A DNA stretch of 64,000 nucleotides from an uncultured Rhodobacteraceae bacterium (GTDB lineage: Bacteria; Pseudomonadota; Alphaproteobacteria; Rhodobacterales; Rhodobacteraceae), in assembly GCA_913062865.1 (NCBI GenBank), contig CAJXWO010000001.1, positions 39,646 through 103,645 of the forward strand, written 5' to 3'. This document shows positions 7,900 through 18,143 of this stretch, one piece after another. Position numbers and translations under genes: made by a program. The notes beneath the pieces are model-generated. The model did no database searches. It was not told the origin of the DNA and worked only from the letters and a program-made list of their open reading frames with translations. The number at the start of each line of letters is the position of its first letter. The first letter of the stretch is position 1.

Positions 7900-10360
7900 C
7901 CCGGCCCTCTCGACGCGGCCCATGGGCCTGTCACCCCTGCGCGCGCTCCTGGTCGCGATCGGCTTCCTGGTGACCCTGGCCACGACGGTCCTGGCGCAGG
8001 AAACGCCCGGCGATATCGACTACGAGGACTGGGAGCGTACCGCGACCCGGGCCGAGGAGGTCGTCGCCGCCGGGCGAGCCTCGAACGAGGCGCTCGAGGC
8101 CTTGCGGGTGCAGATCGCGGACTGGCGGCAGCAATTCCTGGATGCGCAAACGGTGAACGCGACGCGCATTGAAACGGTACAGAACCAGATCGACACGCTG
8201 GGCCCCGTCCCCGAAGACGGCACCGAACCCGAGGATATCGCGGCACGACGCAGCGATTTGAACGCCCAGCTATCCGATTTGCGCGCCCCCGTTCTGCGCG
8301 CCGAAGAAGCCTATAGCAGGGCCGACGGCCTGATCCGCGAGATCGACGCGATCATCCGTGACCGGCAGGCCCGCGATTTGACCCGGCTCGGGCCAAGCCC
8401 GCTGAACCCGGTCTATTGGCGGACGGCACTCGAAAGCCTGTCGGGTGCGCTGGACGCGATCTGGACCGAGCTGCGCGCCGCGATCACGTCGCCGACCCTG
8501 CGCACGGAGTTGCGCAACAACGCGCCTGCCGTGGTCATGCTGCTGGTCGTGGGGTTCGTCCTGTTGCTGCGCGGCAAGCGTTGGGTCGAAGGCTGGGGCA
8601 CGCGCCTGCGCAAGCAGCACCGTCGCGGGATGCCGGTTTGGAGTTTCCTTGTCTCACTTGGCCAGATCGCCCTGCCCATGGTGGGGGTCATGGCCTTTGC
8701 CTCGGCGTTTTATGTGGCCAATGTGCTGGGCGTGCGCAGCGAACCCATCGTGGTCAACCTGCCGCTTTGGGCGTTGATCCTGTTGGGCTTTCGATGGCTG
8801 GGCGGGCGGCTCTTTCCCAAGCACGAGGAAGAGAATCCGCTGAACGTGCCCACGGACTATTTCGCCCGCGCGCGGTGGAACATCGCGGGACTGGCGCTGA
8901 TGGTGGTTATCCAGCTGGTGATCGAACTGCTGACGCGCACAGCACGGTTCGACGAGGCCACGGTCGCGGTGCTGACCTTCCCGGTGCTGGTGATCGCCGC
9001 CTTCCTGCTGTTCGGGCTGGCGCGGTTGATCCTGATGGGTCTGAGCGAGCAGGGGGCGTCCACCGAATCCGAGCATCCCGGCGTGCGCAACCGGATGCTC
9101 CGCCTGCTGGGCCGGGCGGCGATGCTGATCGCGGTTCTGTCGCCGATCCTCGCGGCGCTTGGCTATGGCACGGCGGCCCATGCGCTCCTGTTCCCGGCGA
9201 TCCAGACGCTTGCGGTCATGGGGCTCTTGCTGGTGGTCCAGCGGTTCCTGTCGGACGTCTACGGCTATGTCAGCGGGCAGGGCGAGGCCGCGCGCGAGGC
9301 CCTTCTGCCGGTGCTGGTGGGCTTCTTGCTGGTCATCCTCGCCGTTCCGGTGATCGCGCTGATCTGGGGCGCGCGGGTGGCCGATCTGACCGAGCTCTGG
9401 GCGCAGTTCCGCGAAGGGTTCGCCATCGGCGAGACGCGTATCTCGCCCACGGATTTTCTGACCTTCGTGGTGGTCTTCGCCCTGGGTTACATGCTGACGC
9501 GCCTCGTGCAGGGCACGCTCGCGGGATCGATCCTGCCCAAAACCAAGATCGACCCGGGCGGACAGAATGCCATCGTGTCCGGGATGGGCTATGTCGGTGT
9601 GTTCCTCGCCGCGATCATCGCCATCACCACGGCGGGCATCGACCTGTCGTCACTTGCCATCGTCGCCGGTGCCTTGTCGGTGGGTATCGGGTTCGGCCTG
9701 CAGAACATCGTGTCCAACTTCGTCTCCGGGATCATCCTGCTGATCGAGCGGCCGATTTCCGAGGGCGACTGGATCGAGGTCTCGGGCCAGCACGGCATCG
9801 TCAAGGATATCTCGGTCCGCTCGACCGTGATCGAGACCTTCGACCGGTTCGACGTGATCATCCCCAATGCAGATCTGGTGTCAGGGCAGGTCAACAACTA
9901 CACCCGGGCGAATGTCATGGGCCGGATCATCGTGTCCGTCGGCGTGGCCTACGGCACCGATACCCGCAAGGTGGAGCAGGTGTTGCTGGGCATTGCCCGT
10001 GAGCATCCGATGGTTCTCATGAATCCGGCACCCTATGTCTATTTCTCCGGGTTCGGCGCGGATTCCATGGATTTCGAGATCCGGGCGATCCTGCGCGACG
10101 TGAACGCGACCCTGGGCGTGCGCACCGAGATGAACCACCAGATCGTCGAACGCTTCGCCGAGGAGGGGATCGAGATCCCGTTCGCGCAGCGTGACGTCTG
10201 GCTGCGCAACCCCGAGGTTCTGGTGCAGGGCGGCAAAACCGACCAGACTGGCCCCAAGACGGCCGAGACGGACACGGCCCAAACCGCCCAAGCCACAACG
10301 CAAAGGATGGATCCGCCCGATGACCCGGACACAGGCTCAGACGCAGATGCTGTTTCGTGA
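7892..10360 (+). CDS. Large mechanosensitive ion channel, MscK/KefA-like member of the MscS family
   Basis: 822 aa: signal peptide, periplasmic coiled-coil-like region, many TM helices, and the MscS core GFGLQNIVSNFVSGIILLIERPISEGDWIEV. The start overlaps the end of cysK. Confidence 0.85.
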   Translation: MTDPALSTRPMGLSPLRALLVAIGFLVTLATTVLAQETPGDIDYEDWERTATRAEEVVAAGRASNEALEALRVQIADWRQQFLDAQTVNATRIETVQNQIDTLGPVPEDGTEPEDIAARRSDLNAQLSDLRAPVLRAEEAYSRADGLIREIDAIIRDRQARDLTRLGPSPLNPVYWRTALESLSGALDAIWTELRAAITSPTLRTELRNNAPAVVMLLVVGFVLLLRGKRWVEGWGTRLRKQHRRGMPVWSFLVSLGQIALPMVGVMAFASAFYVANVLGVRSEPIVVNLPLWALILLGFRWLGGRLFPKHEEENPLNVPTDYFARARWNIAGLALMVVIQLVIELLTRTARFDEATVAVLTFPVLVIAAFLLFGLARLILMGLSEQGASTESEHPGVRNRMLRLLGRAAMLIAVLSPILAALGYGTAAHALLFPAIQTLAVMGLLLVVQRFLSDVYGYVSGQGEAAREALLPVLVGFLLVILAVPVIALIWGARVADLTELWAQFREGFAIGETRISPTDFLTFVVVFALGYMLTRLVQGTLAGSILPKTKIDPGGQNAIVSGMGYVGVFLAAIIAITTAGIDLSSLAIVAGALSVGIGFGLQNIVSNFVSGIILLIERPISEGDWIEVSGQHGIVKDISVRSTVIETFDRFDVIIPNADLVSGQVNNYTRANVMGRIIVSVGVAYGTDTRKVEQVLLGIAREHPMVLMNPAPYVYFSGFGADSMDFEIRAILRDVNATLGVRTEMNHQIVERFAEEGIEIPFAQRDVWLRNPEVLVQGGKTDQTGPKTAETDTAQTAQATTQRMDPPDDPDTGSDADAVS

Positions 10361-11057
10361 CGACCCCTACATGACCGAGGCCGAGGCCGAGGTCGTGGCT
10401 CACACCCCCGAGGGCGGCGTGGTTCTGGATGCGTCCCTGTTCTATCCGACCGGCGGCGGTCAGCCCGGCGACAGCGGACGCATCCGCTGGCCTGAGGGCA
10501 GCATGGGGGTCGCAACGGCCGTCAAGGGCGCCGGTGACAACATCGTTCTCGTGCCCGGTGATGCCGCGGTGCTGCCGCCCGTCGGGGCGCGGGTGACGCA
10601 AGAGATCGACTGGGACCGGCGCTTTGGCCACATGCGGGTGCACACGGCACTGCACCTGCTGTCTGTGGTGCTGCCTTATCCGGTCACCGGAGGCAGTATC
10701 AGTCCGACCAAGGGGCGGCTCGATTTCGACATGGCAGAGGCCCCCGAGGACCGCGACGCGATCGAGGCCGCGCTGAACGCGCTTGTGGATCGTGACCTGC
10801 CCGTGGGCGAGGACTGGATCACCGAGGCCGAGCTGGATGCAAATCCGGGTCTCGTCAAGACGATGTCGGTCCAACCCCCGCGCGGCGCGGGCCGCGTGCG
10901 GCTGGTCCGCATCGGCGAGGGGGACCATCTTGTAGATCTGCAGCCCTGTGGTGGCACCCATGTCGCCCGCACCGCGGAAATCGGCGCGCTGCGCCTCGGC
11001 AAGATCGAGAAAAAGGGCCGCCAGAACCGTCGCGTGTCGATCCACCTGGACGATTGA
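10347..11057 (+). CDS. Alanyl-tRNA editing protein (AlaX-type, threonyl/alanyl-tRNA synthetase second additional domain)
   Basis: Zinc motifs HTALHLL and CGGTH. The ATG at 10347 gives a protein starting MLFRDDPYMTEAEAEVV; the longer ORF from 10191 overlaps the channel gene and is basic nonsense. Confidence 0.75.
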   Translation: MLFRDDPYMTEAEAEVVAHTPEGGVVLDASLFYPTGGGQPGDSGRIRWPEGSMGVATAVKGAGDNIVLVPGDAAVLPPVGARVTQEIDWDRRFGHMRVHTALHLLSVVLPYPVTGGSISPTKGRLDFDMAEAPEDRDAIEAALNALVDRDLPVGEDWITEAELDANPGLVKTMSVQPPRGAGRVRLVRIGEGDHLVDLQPCGGTHVARTAEIGALRLGKIEKKGRQNRRVSIHLDD

Positions 11058-11114
11058 GCCGCGCCATATTCCCACTTGCACCCCGGTACGGGCCAAGGCT
11101 AGACAGGCGCCACC

Positions 11115-11204
11115 GGAGAGGTGGCCGAGTGGTCGAAGGCGCACGCCTGGAACGCGTGTAGGCGGGAAACCGTCTCCAGGGTTCGAATCCCTGTCTCTCC
11201 GCCA
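11115..11204 (+). tRNA. tRNA-Ser (anticodon GGA) with long variable arm and encoded CCA
   Basis: Folded by hand. Acceptor GGAGAGG/TCTCTCC. D arm GCC-GAGTGGTCGAA-GGC. Anticodon stem CACGC/GCGTG with loop CTGGAAC. Long variable arm. T arm CAGGG-TTCGAAT-CCCTG. Then GCCA. Confidence 0.9.
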
Positions 11205-11309
11205 TCTTTCCCGTTGAGTTGAGGCGCGCGCGTCAGGTCATGATGTGCCGGCTGGGCTGTGGCTGTGAAGCCCTTCAGGGGCCTGCCGGGCCGAAGAGGG
11301 GGAACGGAC

Positions 11310-12302
11310 ATGCAAAAACGGCGCTTGCTGCAATCCGGGCGACAGGTCTCTGCGATCGGGTTGGGCTGCATGAGTTTCGCGGGCTTCTACGGACCCGCAA
11401 ACGAGCGTGACGCCCACGCGACCCTTGCAGCGGCGGTCGATCTGGGGATCGATCTTCTGGACACGGCGAATGTTTACGGCCTGGGCTTGTCCGAGGAGAT
11501 CATCGGTCGCTTTCTCAAGCACGGCCCGTCGGATTTCGCCATCGCGACCAAGGCCGGGATCTGGCGGGATCGGACGCATGGCAACCGCGGTTTTCGCAAC
11601 GATGCCGCATACCTCCGGTCCGAATTGGAGGGGTCTCTCCGACGGCTCGGGGTCGAGTATGTGGATCTTTTCTACATCCACCGGCGTGATCCCGCGATTG
11701 AGATCGAGGAGGTGATGGGCACGCTGCTCGACCTCAAGGCGGAGGGCAAGATCGGCGGGATCGGGTTTTCCGAGATCGCGCCCGCAAGCCTCCGCCGGGC
11801 GCTTGCGGTGGGCCCCGTCGACGCGGTTCAAAGCGAATACTCCCTGTGGACCCGCCAGCCCGATCTGGGTCTGCTGCAGACTTGCGAGGCCGCAGGTGTG
11901 GCGCTGGTGGCCTACGCCCCGTTGGGGCGTGGCATCTTCGCGGATCGCATGCCGGATCCGGCGGCGTTCGCGGACACGGATTTCCGCAAGCGGAATCCGC
12001 GTTTCCTGCCGCCTCACTTCGATCTGAACATGGCGCGGATCACCGCTTTCAAGGACTACGCGGCCGATCACGGGTACAGCAGTGCGGCTCTCGCACTGGC
12101 CTGGTGTTTGGCGCGGGGAAACCACGTCATCCCGATTCCGGGGACGCGGACCCCCGGACACCTGGCCGAATGTGCCGCTGGGGCCGGGATCGGGATGACC
12201 GATACCATGATGGCCGAGATCGAGGCGCTGTTGCCGGTGGGCTGGGCCCATGGCGACCGCTACTCCGATGATCAATGGAACGGTCCCGAACGGTATTGCT
12301 GA
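11310..12302 (+). CDS. Aldo/keto reductase family oxidoreductase
   Basis: [27 protein letters not shown] and [12 protein letters not shown] blocks. ATG 11310 follows GAGGGGGA. Confidence 0.85.
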   Translation: MQKRRLLQSGRQVSAIGLGCMSFAGFYGPANERDAHATLAAAVDLGIDLLDTANVYGLGLSEEIIGRFLKHGPSDFAIATKAGIWRDRTHGNRGFRNDAAYLRSELEGSLRRLGVEYVDLFYIHRRDPAIEIEEVMGTLLDLKAEGKIGGIGFSEIAPASLRRALAVGPVDAVQSEYSLWTRQPDLGLLQTCEAAGVALVAYAPLGRGIFADRMPDPAAFADTDFRKRNPRFLPPHFDLNMARITAFKDYAADHGYSSAALALAWCLARGNHVIPIPGTRTPGHLAECAAGAGIGMTDTMMAEIEALLPVGWAHGDRYSDDQWNGPERYC

Positions 12303-12357
12303 CGCCCTGCTTCGTGCATTGTGCACGTTTGATGGCCGTGCTGCGGTGTGGTGTTTG

Positions 12358-14685
12358 TCAGTCTGCGCCGCGCACGGGGATCGTGCTGTCCGGTTTCGGG
12401 TGAAAGAGCTTCTGGACGATGTAGACGGCGACGGCCGCGCCGAGGCCGATGATGTCGGTGACGAGGCCGCCTTCGATCATGAAGAGGGCTGCGGCGACGA
12501 GGCCTGCGCGCAAGAACCAGGCGCTGCGGGTGCCCATGAACCAGCCCTGCACTCCCGCGGAGAGCAGGAAGACGCCGAAGGTGGCGGTAAGGCCTGCGCG
12601 GATGATCTCGAACCAGGAGCCTTCCATGAGGATGGCACTGTTGTAGAAGAACATGAAGGGCACGATGAAGGCGGCGATGCCGATCTTGAAGGAGGCGACC
12701 GAGGTCTCCATCGGGTTGGCGCCCGAGATGCCTGCGGCGGCGTAGCTTGCTAGCGCGACGGGGGGCGTGATCGCCGAGACGACGGCGAAGTAGAAGACGA
12801 AGAAATGCGCGGTCAGCGTGGGGATGCCCAGCTGCACGAGACCCGGGGCCACGACGCTTGCGGCCACGGCATAGGCTGCGGTGGTGGGCATGCCCATGCC
12901 CAGCAGGATCGAGATGCACATGGCGAAGAAGAGCGCGAGCAGTTGGCTCACGCCGGCGAGATCGAGCAGCACCGCCGAGAAGCGCGCGCCGACGCCGGTG
13001 AGGCTGATGACGCCGACGATGATGCCCGCGCAGGCGCAGACCGCGATGATCTGGATCGACATGACACCGGCCAGTTCGAAGGCCTTGAGCACCGCGCGCA
13101 GGCCCATGCCGGACACGGCGGCGGCGGGCAGGCTTCCGGGAAAGAGCCGGACCATCAGCACCGGCATCCACGACACCACGGCGGCGGCGACGGTGGCGAG
13201 CGTGCCCGCGCGGATGACCGAATAGCCGAAGAACAGCGCCACGATCAGGATGACGATGGGCACGAAGAGATAGGCCTGTTTGGCCAGGGCGGCGAAGCGG
13301 GGCAGCTCGTCCTCGCGCATGCCGCGCATGTTCAGCTTGGCGGCCTCGAAATCGACCATGAAGTAGATCGATGCGAAATAGAGGACCGCGGGGATGACCG
13401 CGGCGATGGCGATCTCCTGGTAGGGGATGCCGGTGATCTCGGCCATGATGAAGGCGCCCGCGCCCATGATGGGGGGCATGATCTGGCCGCCGGTGGAGGC
13501 GGCGGCCTCGATCGCTCCGGCGGTCTTGCGCTGGTATCCGACCTTCTTCATCAGCGGGATGGTGAGCGATCCGGTGGCCACGACGTTGCCGGCCGAGGTG
13601 CCGTTGATCATGCCCATGAGGCCGGAGGCGAAGATGGCCACCTTGGCGGGTCCGCCGCGCGCGCGGCCTGCGGCGGCGAAGGCGAAGTTCACGAAATAAT
13701 CGCCCACCTTCGAGGCCTGCAGGAAGGCCGCGAAGATGATGAAGAGGATGATATAGGTCGAGGACACCGCGGTCGTCGGTCCCAGGATGCCCGCGTCGGA
13801 ATAGACATGGCCGAAGAAGCGCTGCCAGGTATAGGCGTTCTGCACCGCGAGGATGCCGGGCAGCAGATGCGCGGTAAAGGTATAGGCCAGGAAGACGCCG
13901 GTGATGATCACCAGCGCGAGGCCGGCCACGCGGCGGGTGAGTTCCATGATCATCGCGGCGCCCGCGGTGGCGGCGAAGGCCACGCCGATGGGCACGAAGG
14001 GGGTGCCCACGGAGTTGCGGGCAGCGGTGCCGTAGATGGCAACGAGGTAGATCGCGACGACGACCCCGCAGAGCGCCAGCACGATGTCGGAAGCCGCAAA
14101 GAGCTCGCGCCCGCGACGCTCGAACCAGCCGGTGACGATGGCACCGAGGCTGGCCACCAGGAGCGGGATGCCGAACCAGCGCACCTCGGTCTGGTAGATC
14201 TCGGTGCCGGGGAAGGCGGCCCAGGTGGTCAGCCCGCCCATCTCGGGCAGGGTGCCCGCGCGGATGGTGTTGGCAAAGCCCAGGGCCGTGGCGCCGGCGA
14301 CGAGCGCGGGGATGGCCAGCAGGATGGCGATCAAAGAGACCGCCCGCGTCTCCTTGTGGGGCCGGTCGGGGTGGAAGGCATGGGCCGAGAACAGCAGGAA
14401 CCCCAGCCCCAGCGCGCCGGCGATGTGGACGATGCGGAAGTTCCAGGTCTCGAGCGGAAACTGCGGCAGCAGCGGCAGGGTGATCCCGGTCCAGTCCGAG
14501 ATCGACACGCCGTTCAGCGCCAGCATGTGGAAGGCGGCGTAGAGCGTCGACAGGGTGGCGATGACCAGCGCCGCACGGCCCGAGAACAGGCGACGGTTGC
14601 CCTCGATCACCTCCTCGTCGACACCGTCCGCCAGGGCGACCGCGTCGCGATCTTCCGCTCGTTCATTCCTGTGCGCTTCGGCCAT
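12358..14685 (-). CDS. TRAP transporter fused permease (4TM/12TM fusion, TAXI-type system)
   Basis: About 775 aa and highly hydrophobic, with more than 15 predicted TM segments, directly downstream of a TAXI-type binding-protein gene. ATG 14685 follows GGGGGGAA. Confidence 0.85.
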   Translation of the reverse strand: MAEAHRNERAEDRDAVALADGVDEEVIEGNRRLFSGRAALVIATLSTLYAAFHMLALNGVSISDWTGITLPLLPQFPLETWNFRIVHIAGALGLGFLLFSAHAFHPDRPHKETRAVSLIAILLAIPALVAGATALGFANTIRAGTLPEMGGLTTWAAFPGTEIYQTEVRWFGIPLLVASLGAIVTGWFERRGRELFAASDIVLALCGVVVAIYLVAIYGTAARNSVGTPFVPIGVAFAATAGAAMIMELTRRVAGLALVIITGVFLAYTFTAHLLPGILAVQNAYTWQRFFGHVYSDAGILGPTTAVSSTYIILFIIFAAFLQASKVGDYFVNFAFAAAGRARGGPAKVAIFASGLMGMINGTSAGNVVATGSLTIPLMKKVGYQRKTAGAIEAAASTGGQIMPPIMGAGAFIMAEITGIPYQEIAIAAVIPAVLYFASIYFMVDFEAAKLNMRGMREDELPRFAALAKQAYLFVPIVILIVALFFGYSVIRAGTLATVAAAVVSWMPVLMVRLFPGSLPAAAVSGMGLRAVLKAFELAGVMSIQIIAVCACAGIIVGVISLTGVGARFSAVLLDLAGVSQLLALFFAMCISILLGMGMPTTAAYAVAASVVAPGLVQLGIPTLTAHFFVFYFAVVSAITPPVALASYAAAGISGANPMETSVASFKIGIAAFIVPFMFFYNSAILMEGSWFEIIRAGLTATFGVFLLSAGVQGWFMGTRSAWFLRAGLVAAALFMIEGGLVTDIIGLGAAVAVYIVQKLFHPKPDSTIPVRGAD

Positions 14686-14737
14686 GGTTTCCCCCCGGCG
14701 ACTTGCAAGTCGTCTGTTGTTGTAGAGTTGTGACACG

Positions 14738-14771
14738 ATCGCCCGCGTTCCAGCAAGGAAACGCGGGCGAT
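14738..14771 (-). other. Intercistronic stem-loop between the TAXI binding-protein gene and the permease gene
   Basis: ATCGCCCGCGTT / AACGCGGGCGAT, a perfect 12-bp inverted repeat with a 10-nt loop. The position is typical of elements that raise binding-protein mRNA stability. Confidence 0.5.
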
Positions 14772-14810
14772 GCAAAAGCGTCCCGGCGCGCGGGGCGCCT
14801 GTTGGGCAAC

Positions 14811-15818
14811 TTACATGCCGCCGTGGATCATGTCAGCGGGGATCTCGGCACCGGCGTTCTCGGTGAACCAGCGGGCCGCGCCCGGGTGCCACATCATCAC
14901 GCCGTTTTTGTCCCAGTTCTCGGGCACGGTCGACCGCGCCGCGCGGTGGATGTTCACCATGCGCTCGTTGTCGGACATGACCACGTCCACCACGGCATGC
15001 ACGAAGCTTTCGGGCAGATCGCAATTGGCGATTGCGAAGTTCCACATCGATACCGAGCGGGCCGGGGCCTCGAGCGTGGTGTAGGTGTCGGCGGCAATGT
15101 CGAAGGGCGACACGGGGAAGGCCTCCATAATGGCGGCCTGTTCTTCCTCGGTGAACTCGATGATGTTCACGTCGGTTTGCACCTCAAGCTGGCTGACCGC
15201 CGGCACCGGCACGCCCGCGGCAAAGGCGATCACGTCCAGCAGACCGTCCTGCAGCTGGCCGCCCAGGTCCGACCAGCCACCGTTGCGGCGCTCGAAATCG
15301 ACGCCCATCTCTTCCATCATGCGCGGGAAATAGGTGTCCGAGGTCGAGCCCGCCGGGCCGAAGCCGATCCGCGCGCCCTCGGGAATGTCGGCCACCGAGG
15401 TGATGCCCGACGAGGCCAGCGCCGTGATCGAGAAGGGCGTCTGATACATCGGGAACATCGCGCAGGCATTGGTCATCTGAAGACCGGGCGCGATCGGGTT
15501 GGTGCCTTCGATCGATTCCCGCGCCGGGCCCATGGTGGTCATGCCGAACTGTGCCTCGCCGGTATGCACCAGCGCCATATTCTGCATCGGACCGCCCGTG
15601 ACTTCGCCACCGCCGGTCAGGCCCAGTTCTTCGGCAACGAGGTTGGCCCAGCCCGAGCCGTAGGCGAAATACGTCCCGCCCTGTGACGCGGTGCCCACGG
15701 TGAAACTCTCAGGCCAATCACTCCGGTCAACCTCTTGTGCCGAAACCGATGTCGCGCCGGCCGACAGGGCGGCGGCCGCCACCAAGGCGGTCAGGCGCGT
15801 GTAAGCAGTCATCTGCAT
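14811..15818 (-). CDS. TAXI-family TRAP transporter solute-binding protein
   Basis: Signal peptide MQMTAYTRLTALVAAAALSAGATSVSA, then FTVGTASQGGTYFAYG and GFGPAGSTSD, typical of TAXI receptors. ATG 15818 follows GGAGGA. Confidence 0.8.
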   Translation of the reverse strand: MQMTAYTRLTALVAAAALSAGATSVSAQEVDRSDWPESFTVGTASQGGTYFAYGSGWANLVAEELGLTGGGEVTGGPMQNMALVHTGEAQFGMTTMGPARESIEGTNPIAPGLQMTNACAMFPMYQTPFSITALASSGITSVADIPEGARIGFGPAGSTSDTYFPRMMEEMGVDFERRNGGWSDLGGQLQDGLLDVIAFAAGVPVPAVSQLEVQTDVNIIEFTEEEQAAIMEAFPVSPFDIAADTYTTLEAPARSVSMWNFAIANCDLPESFVHAVVDVVMSDNERMVNIHRAARSTVPENWDKNGVMMWHPGAARWFTENAGAEIPADMIHGGM

Positions 15819-15998
15819 GTCTTCCTCCATTCTGGTTTGCCGCCGTGACGCAGCATGTCCTCCGACCTGCGCCGCGCGGCATGCACCCCTCCAAGGCACA
15901 CTGGCATCAACGCTAAGGGGAGCGGGCGGCCGGTCTAAAGGAAAATGCGGCGTGACCGGCTCGTATGGATTTATACAAAATTTTCGAATAATCTTGTG

Positions 15999-16925
15999 TC
16001 AGGCCGAGCGCGAAAGCTGTGCGGCCTTTTCCCCGAGCAGGTCGAGAAAAGCGTCCCGGGCCGAATGTCGCGTATCGCGCAGCCAGACCACGGACAGGGC
16101 CAGCTTGTCTCGTGCCAGGCCCGTGGGCAGCGACAGCGGCACGAACGTGACGCCGCCGACCGCCAGCCGTGACGCCCATCGTGGCACGATCGCCAGCCCG
16201 ACGCCGGTGCCGACAAGGCTTACGATCGTCTGCTTTTCCTCGGCGATCTGTGCAACGCGCGCGGTGTGGCCCGAGTCGAGGAAAAGCTTCATCGTCAGGT
16301 CATGGCTATGGGGGCGCGAGCTTCGGTCGGGCACGATGAGCGGCGCGTCGGCCATGTCTTCGACCGTGATTTCACTCCGCGAGGCCAGCGGATGTCCGTC
16401 CGGGACAGCGACGACCGCGGTCTCGTGGAACAGAAAGCGGAAGGTGAGCCGGGGGTCTGCCACCTCGGGCGGGCGCACGATCGCCGCGTCGAGCCGTCCC
16501 GACAGCACGCGCGGCAGGAGCCGGATCGTCTTCTGTTCAAGAAGCTCGATGTCGATCTCGGGATGGGCGTCGCGGAACTGGGGCAGGAACTGCGGCATCA
16601 GACCCGCCGCCGCGCTGTCGATCGCGCCAATTCTCAGGATCGGGGCCGTCGCCTGCTGGTTTTCCCGGAACTCGGCCTCGAGTCGGTCGGCCCGATTCAT
16701 GATGTCGCGCGCGGCCTCGACAAAGACGCGCCCGGCGTCGCTTAGTGCGACGTGGCGCGTCGTGCGCGACAACAAACGTGTTCCAAGGTGTTCCTCGAGC
16801 AGGCGGATCTGGCGGCTGAACGAGGCCGGCAACATGTCCATCTTCTGCGCGGCCTTGCCGAAATGCAGCGTATCCGCGACGGCGATCAGGCATTTGAGTT
16901 GTCGAAGTTCCATGGGCCGGCACAT
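15999..16925 (-). CDS. LysR-family transcriptional regulator, divergent from ttuC
   Basis: N-terminal HTH: MELRQLKCLIAVADTLHFGKAAQKMDMLPASFSRQIRLLEEHLG. 308 aa. Confidence 0.85.
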   Translation of the reverse strand: MCRPMELRQLKCLIAVADTLHFGKAAQKMDMLPASFSRQIRLLEEHLGTRLLSRTTRHVALSDAGRVFVEAARDIMNRADRLEAEFRENQQATAPILRIGAIDSAAAGLMPQFLPQFRDAHPEIDIELLEQKTIRLLPRVLSGRLDAAIVRPPEVADPRLTFRFLFHETAVVAVPDGHPLASRSEITVEDMADAPLIVPDRSSRPHSHDLTMKLFLDSGHTARVAQIAEEKQTIVSLVGTGVGLAIVPRWASRLAVGGVTFVPLSLPTGLARDKLALSVVWLRDTRHSARDAFLDLLGEKAAQLSRSA

Positions 16926-17001
16926 TATTGCAGAAATTTATATGATCAGTGCCGTGTTGCTGCGATCCGGTCAAGTTGCGACTGTCGAGCGAGAGGTTTG
17001 G

Positions 17002-17037
17002 GGATCCGGAGGCGCGCATCGCACGGCCTCCGGATCC
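17002..17037 (+). other. GC-rich stem-loop in the ttuC leader
   Basis: GGATCCGGAGGC / GCCTCCGGATCC, a perfect 12-bp stem with a 12-nt loop, ending 20 nt before the ttuC ATG. GGATCCGGA then occurs again directly afterwards. Confidence 0.4.
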
Positions 17038-17057
17038 GGAGATATCGGAGGGCGACC

Positions 17058-18131
17058 ATGCGAAGCTACAGGATTGCGGCCATTCCGGCCGACGGGATCG
17101 GACCGGAAGTGATCGAAGCGGGCGCTGAAGTGCTGTCCGCCCTCGAAAAACGTGATGGCGGCATCGAGTTCAAGCTGACCACGTTCGATTGGGGATCGGA
17201 TTACTACAAGAAACACGGCGTGATGATGCCCGAGGACGGGCTCGACCAGATCAAGTCTTTCGACGCGATCTACTTCGGGGCTGTGGGGGCACCGGACGTT
17301 CCGGATCACATTACCCTGTGGGGCCTGCGTCTTCCGATTTGCCAGGGTTTCGATCAATACGCCAATGTCCGTCCGACCAAGATCATCCCGGGCGTGACCT
17401 CGCCCCTGCGGGGTGTCGAGGTGGGTGATCTGGACTGGGTCATCGTGCGCGAGAATTCCGAGGGCGAATACTCGGGCCATGGCGGGCGGGCGCATAAGGG
17501 CCTGCCCGAAGAGGTGGGCACCGAGGTTTCCATCTTCACCCGCGTGGGCGTCACCCGGATCATGCGCTACGCATTTGCGCTGGCCCAGTCGCGCCCGCGC
17601 AAGCAGCTGACCGTGGTTACAAAGTCGAACGCCCAGCGGTTCGGCATGGTGATGTGGGACGAGATTGCCGCCGAGGTCGCTGCCGAGTTTCCCGACGTGA
17701 CCTGGGACAAGATGCTGGTGGATGCGATGACGGTGCGCATGGTGAAGAACCCGCAATCCATCGATACGATCGTGGCCACCAACCTGCATGCAGATATCCT
17801 GTCCGATCTGGCCGGGGCGCTGGCCGGATCGCTTGGGGTCGCGCCCACAGGCAATATCGACCCGGAACGGCGTTTTCCGTCCATGTTCGAACCGATCCAC
17901 GGCTCGGCCTTCGATATCACGGGCAAGGGCATTGCGAATCCGGTGGCCACCTTCTGGACAGCCAGCCAGATGCTCGACCACCTGGGCGAGACGGAGGCCT
18001 CGGACCGGCTGATGCGCGCTGTGGAAAAAGTGTGTGCCGAAGGCATACTGACGCCAGATGTGGGCGGTAACGCCACCACTCGCGAGGTCACCGACGCGGT
18101 TCGCGAGGCGATCCGCGGCGAAAACGCCTGA
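17058..18131 (+). CDS. ttuC: Tartrate dehydrogenase/decarboxylase (D-malate dehydrogenase; isocitrate/isopropylmalate dehydrogenase family)
   Basis: Begins MRSYRIAAIPADGIGPEV and contains RENSEGEYSG, NLHADILSDLAGALAGSLG and SMFEPIHGSAFDI. Confidence 0.8.
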   Translation: MRSYRIAAIPADGIGPEVIEAGAEVLSALEKRDGGIEFKLTTFDWGSDYYKKHGVMMPEDGLDQIKSFDAIYFGAVGAPDVPDHITLWGLRLPICQGFDQYANVRPTKIIPGVTSPLRGVEVGDLDWVIVRENSEGEYSGHGGRAHKGLPEEVGTEVSIFTRVGVTRIMRYAFALAQSRPRKQLTVVTKSNAQRFGMVMWDEIAAEVAAEFPDVTWDKMLVDAMTVRMVKNPQSIDTIVATNLHADILSDLAGALAGSLGVAPTGNIDPERRFPSMFEPIHGSAFDITGKGIANPVATFWTASQMLDHLGETEASDRLMRAVEKVCAEGILTPDVGGNATTREVTDAVREAIRGENA

Positions 18132-18143
18132 CGCGGCTGGCCG

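Noticed and set aside
6544-7983. 479-aa minus-strand ORF opposite cysK
   Set aside because: Antisense to a well-supported cysteine synthase gene. Low-complexity R/A/G/H composition and no motifs.
8416-10002. 528-aa plus-strand ORF inside the mechanosensitive channel gene, in another frame
   Set aside because: It is an out-of-frame overlap with a gene that has the MscS core motif. The translation is Arg/Gly/Pro-rich nonsense.
11115-12302. tRNA-Ser as a possible integration site for a genomic island
   Set aside because: No integrase, excisionase or transposase follows the tRNA. I did not see a direct repeat of the tRNA 3' end downstream. The neighbouring genes are ordinary metabolic genes.
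12805-14733. 642-aa plus-strand ORF opposite the TRAP fused permease
   Set aside because: Antisense to a strongly hydrophobic transporter gene. The product is an extreme D/E/G/H/R low-complexity string.
15817-17112. 431-aa plus-strand ORF covering the LysR gene region
   Set aside because: Antisense to a LysR gene with a clear HTH. The translation is S/R/A-rich without domains.
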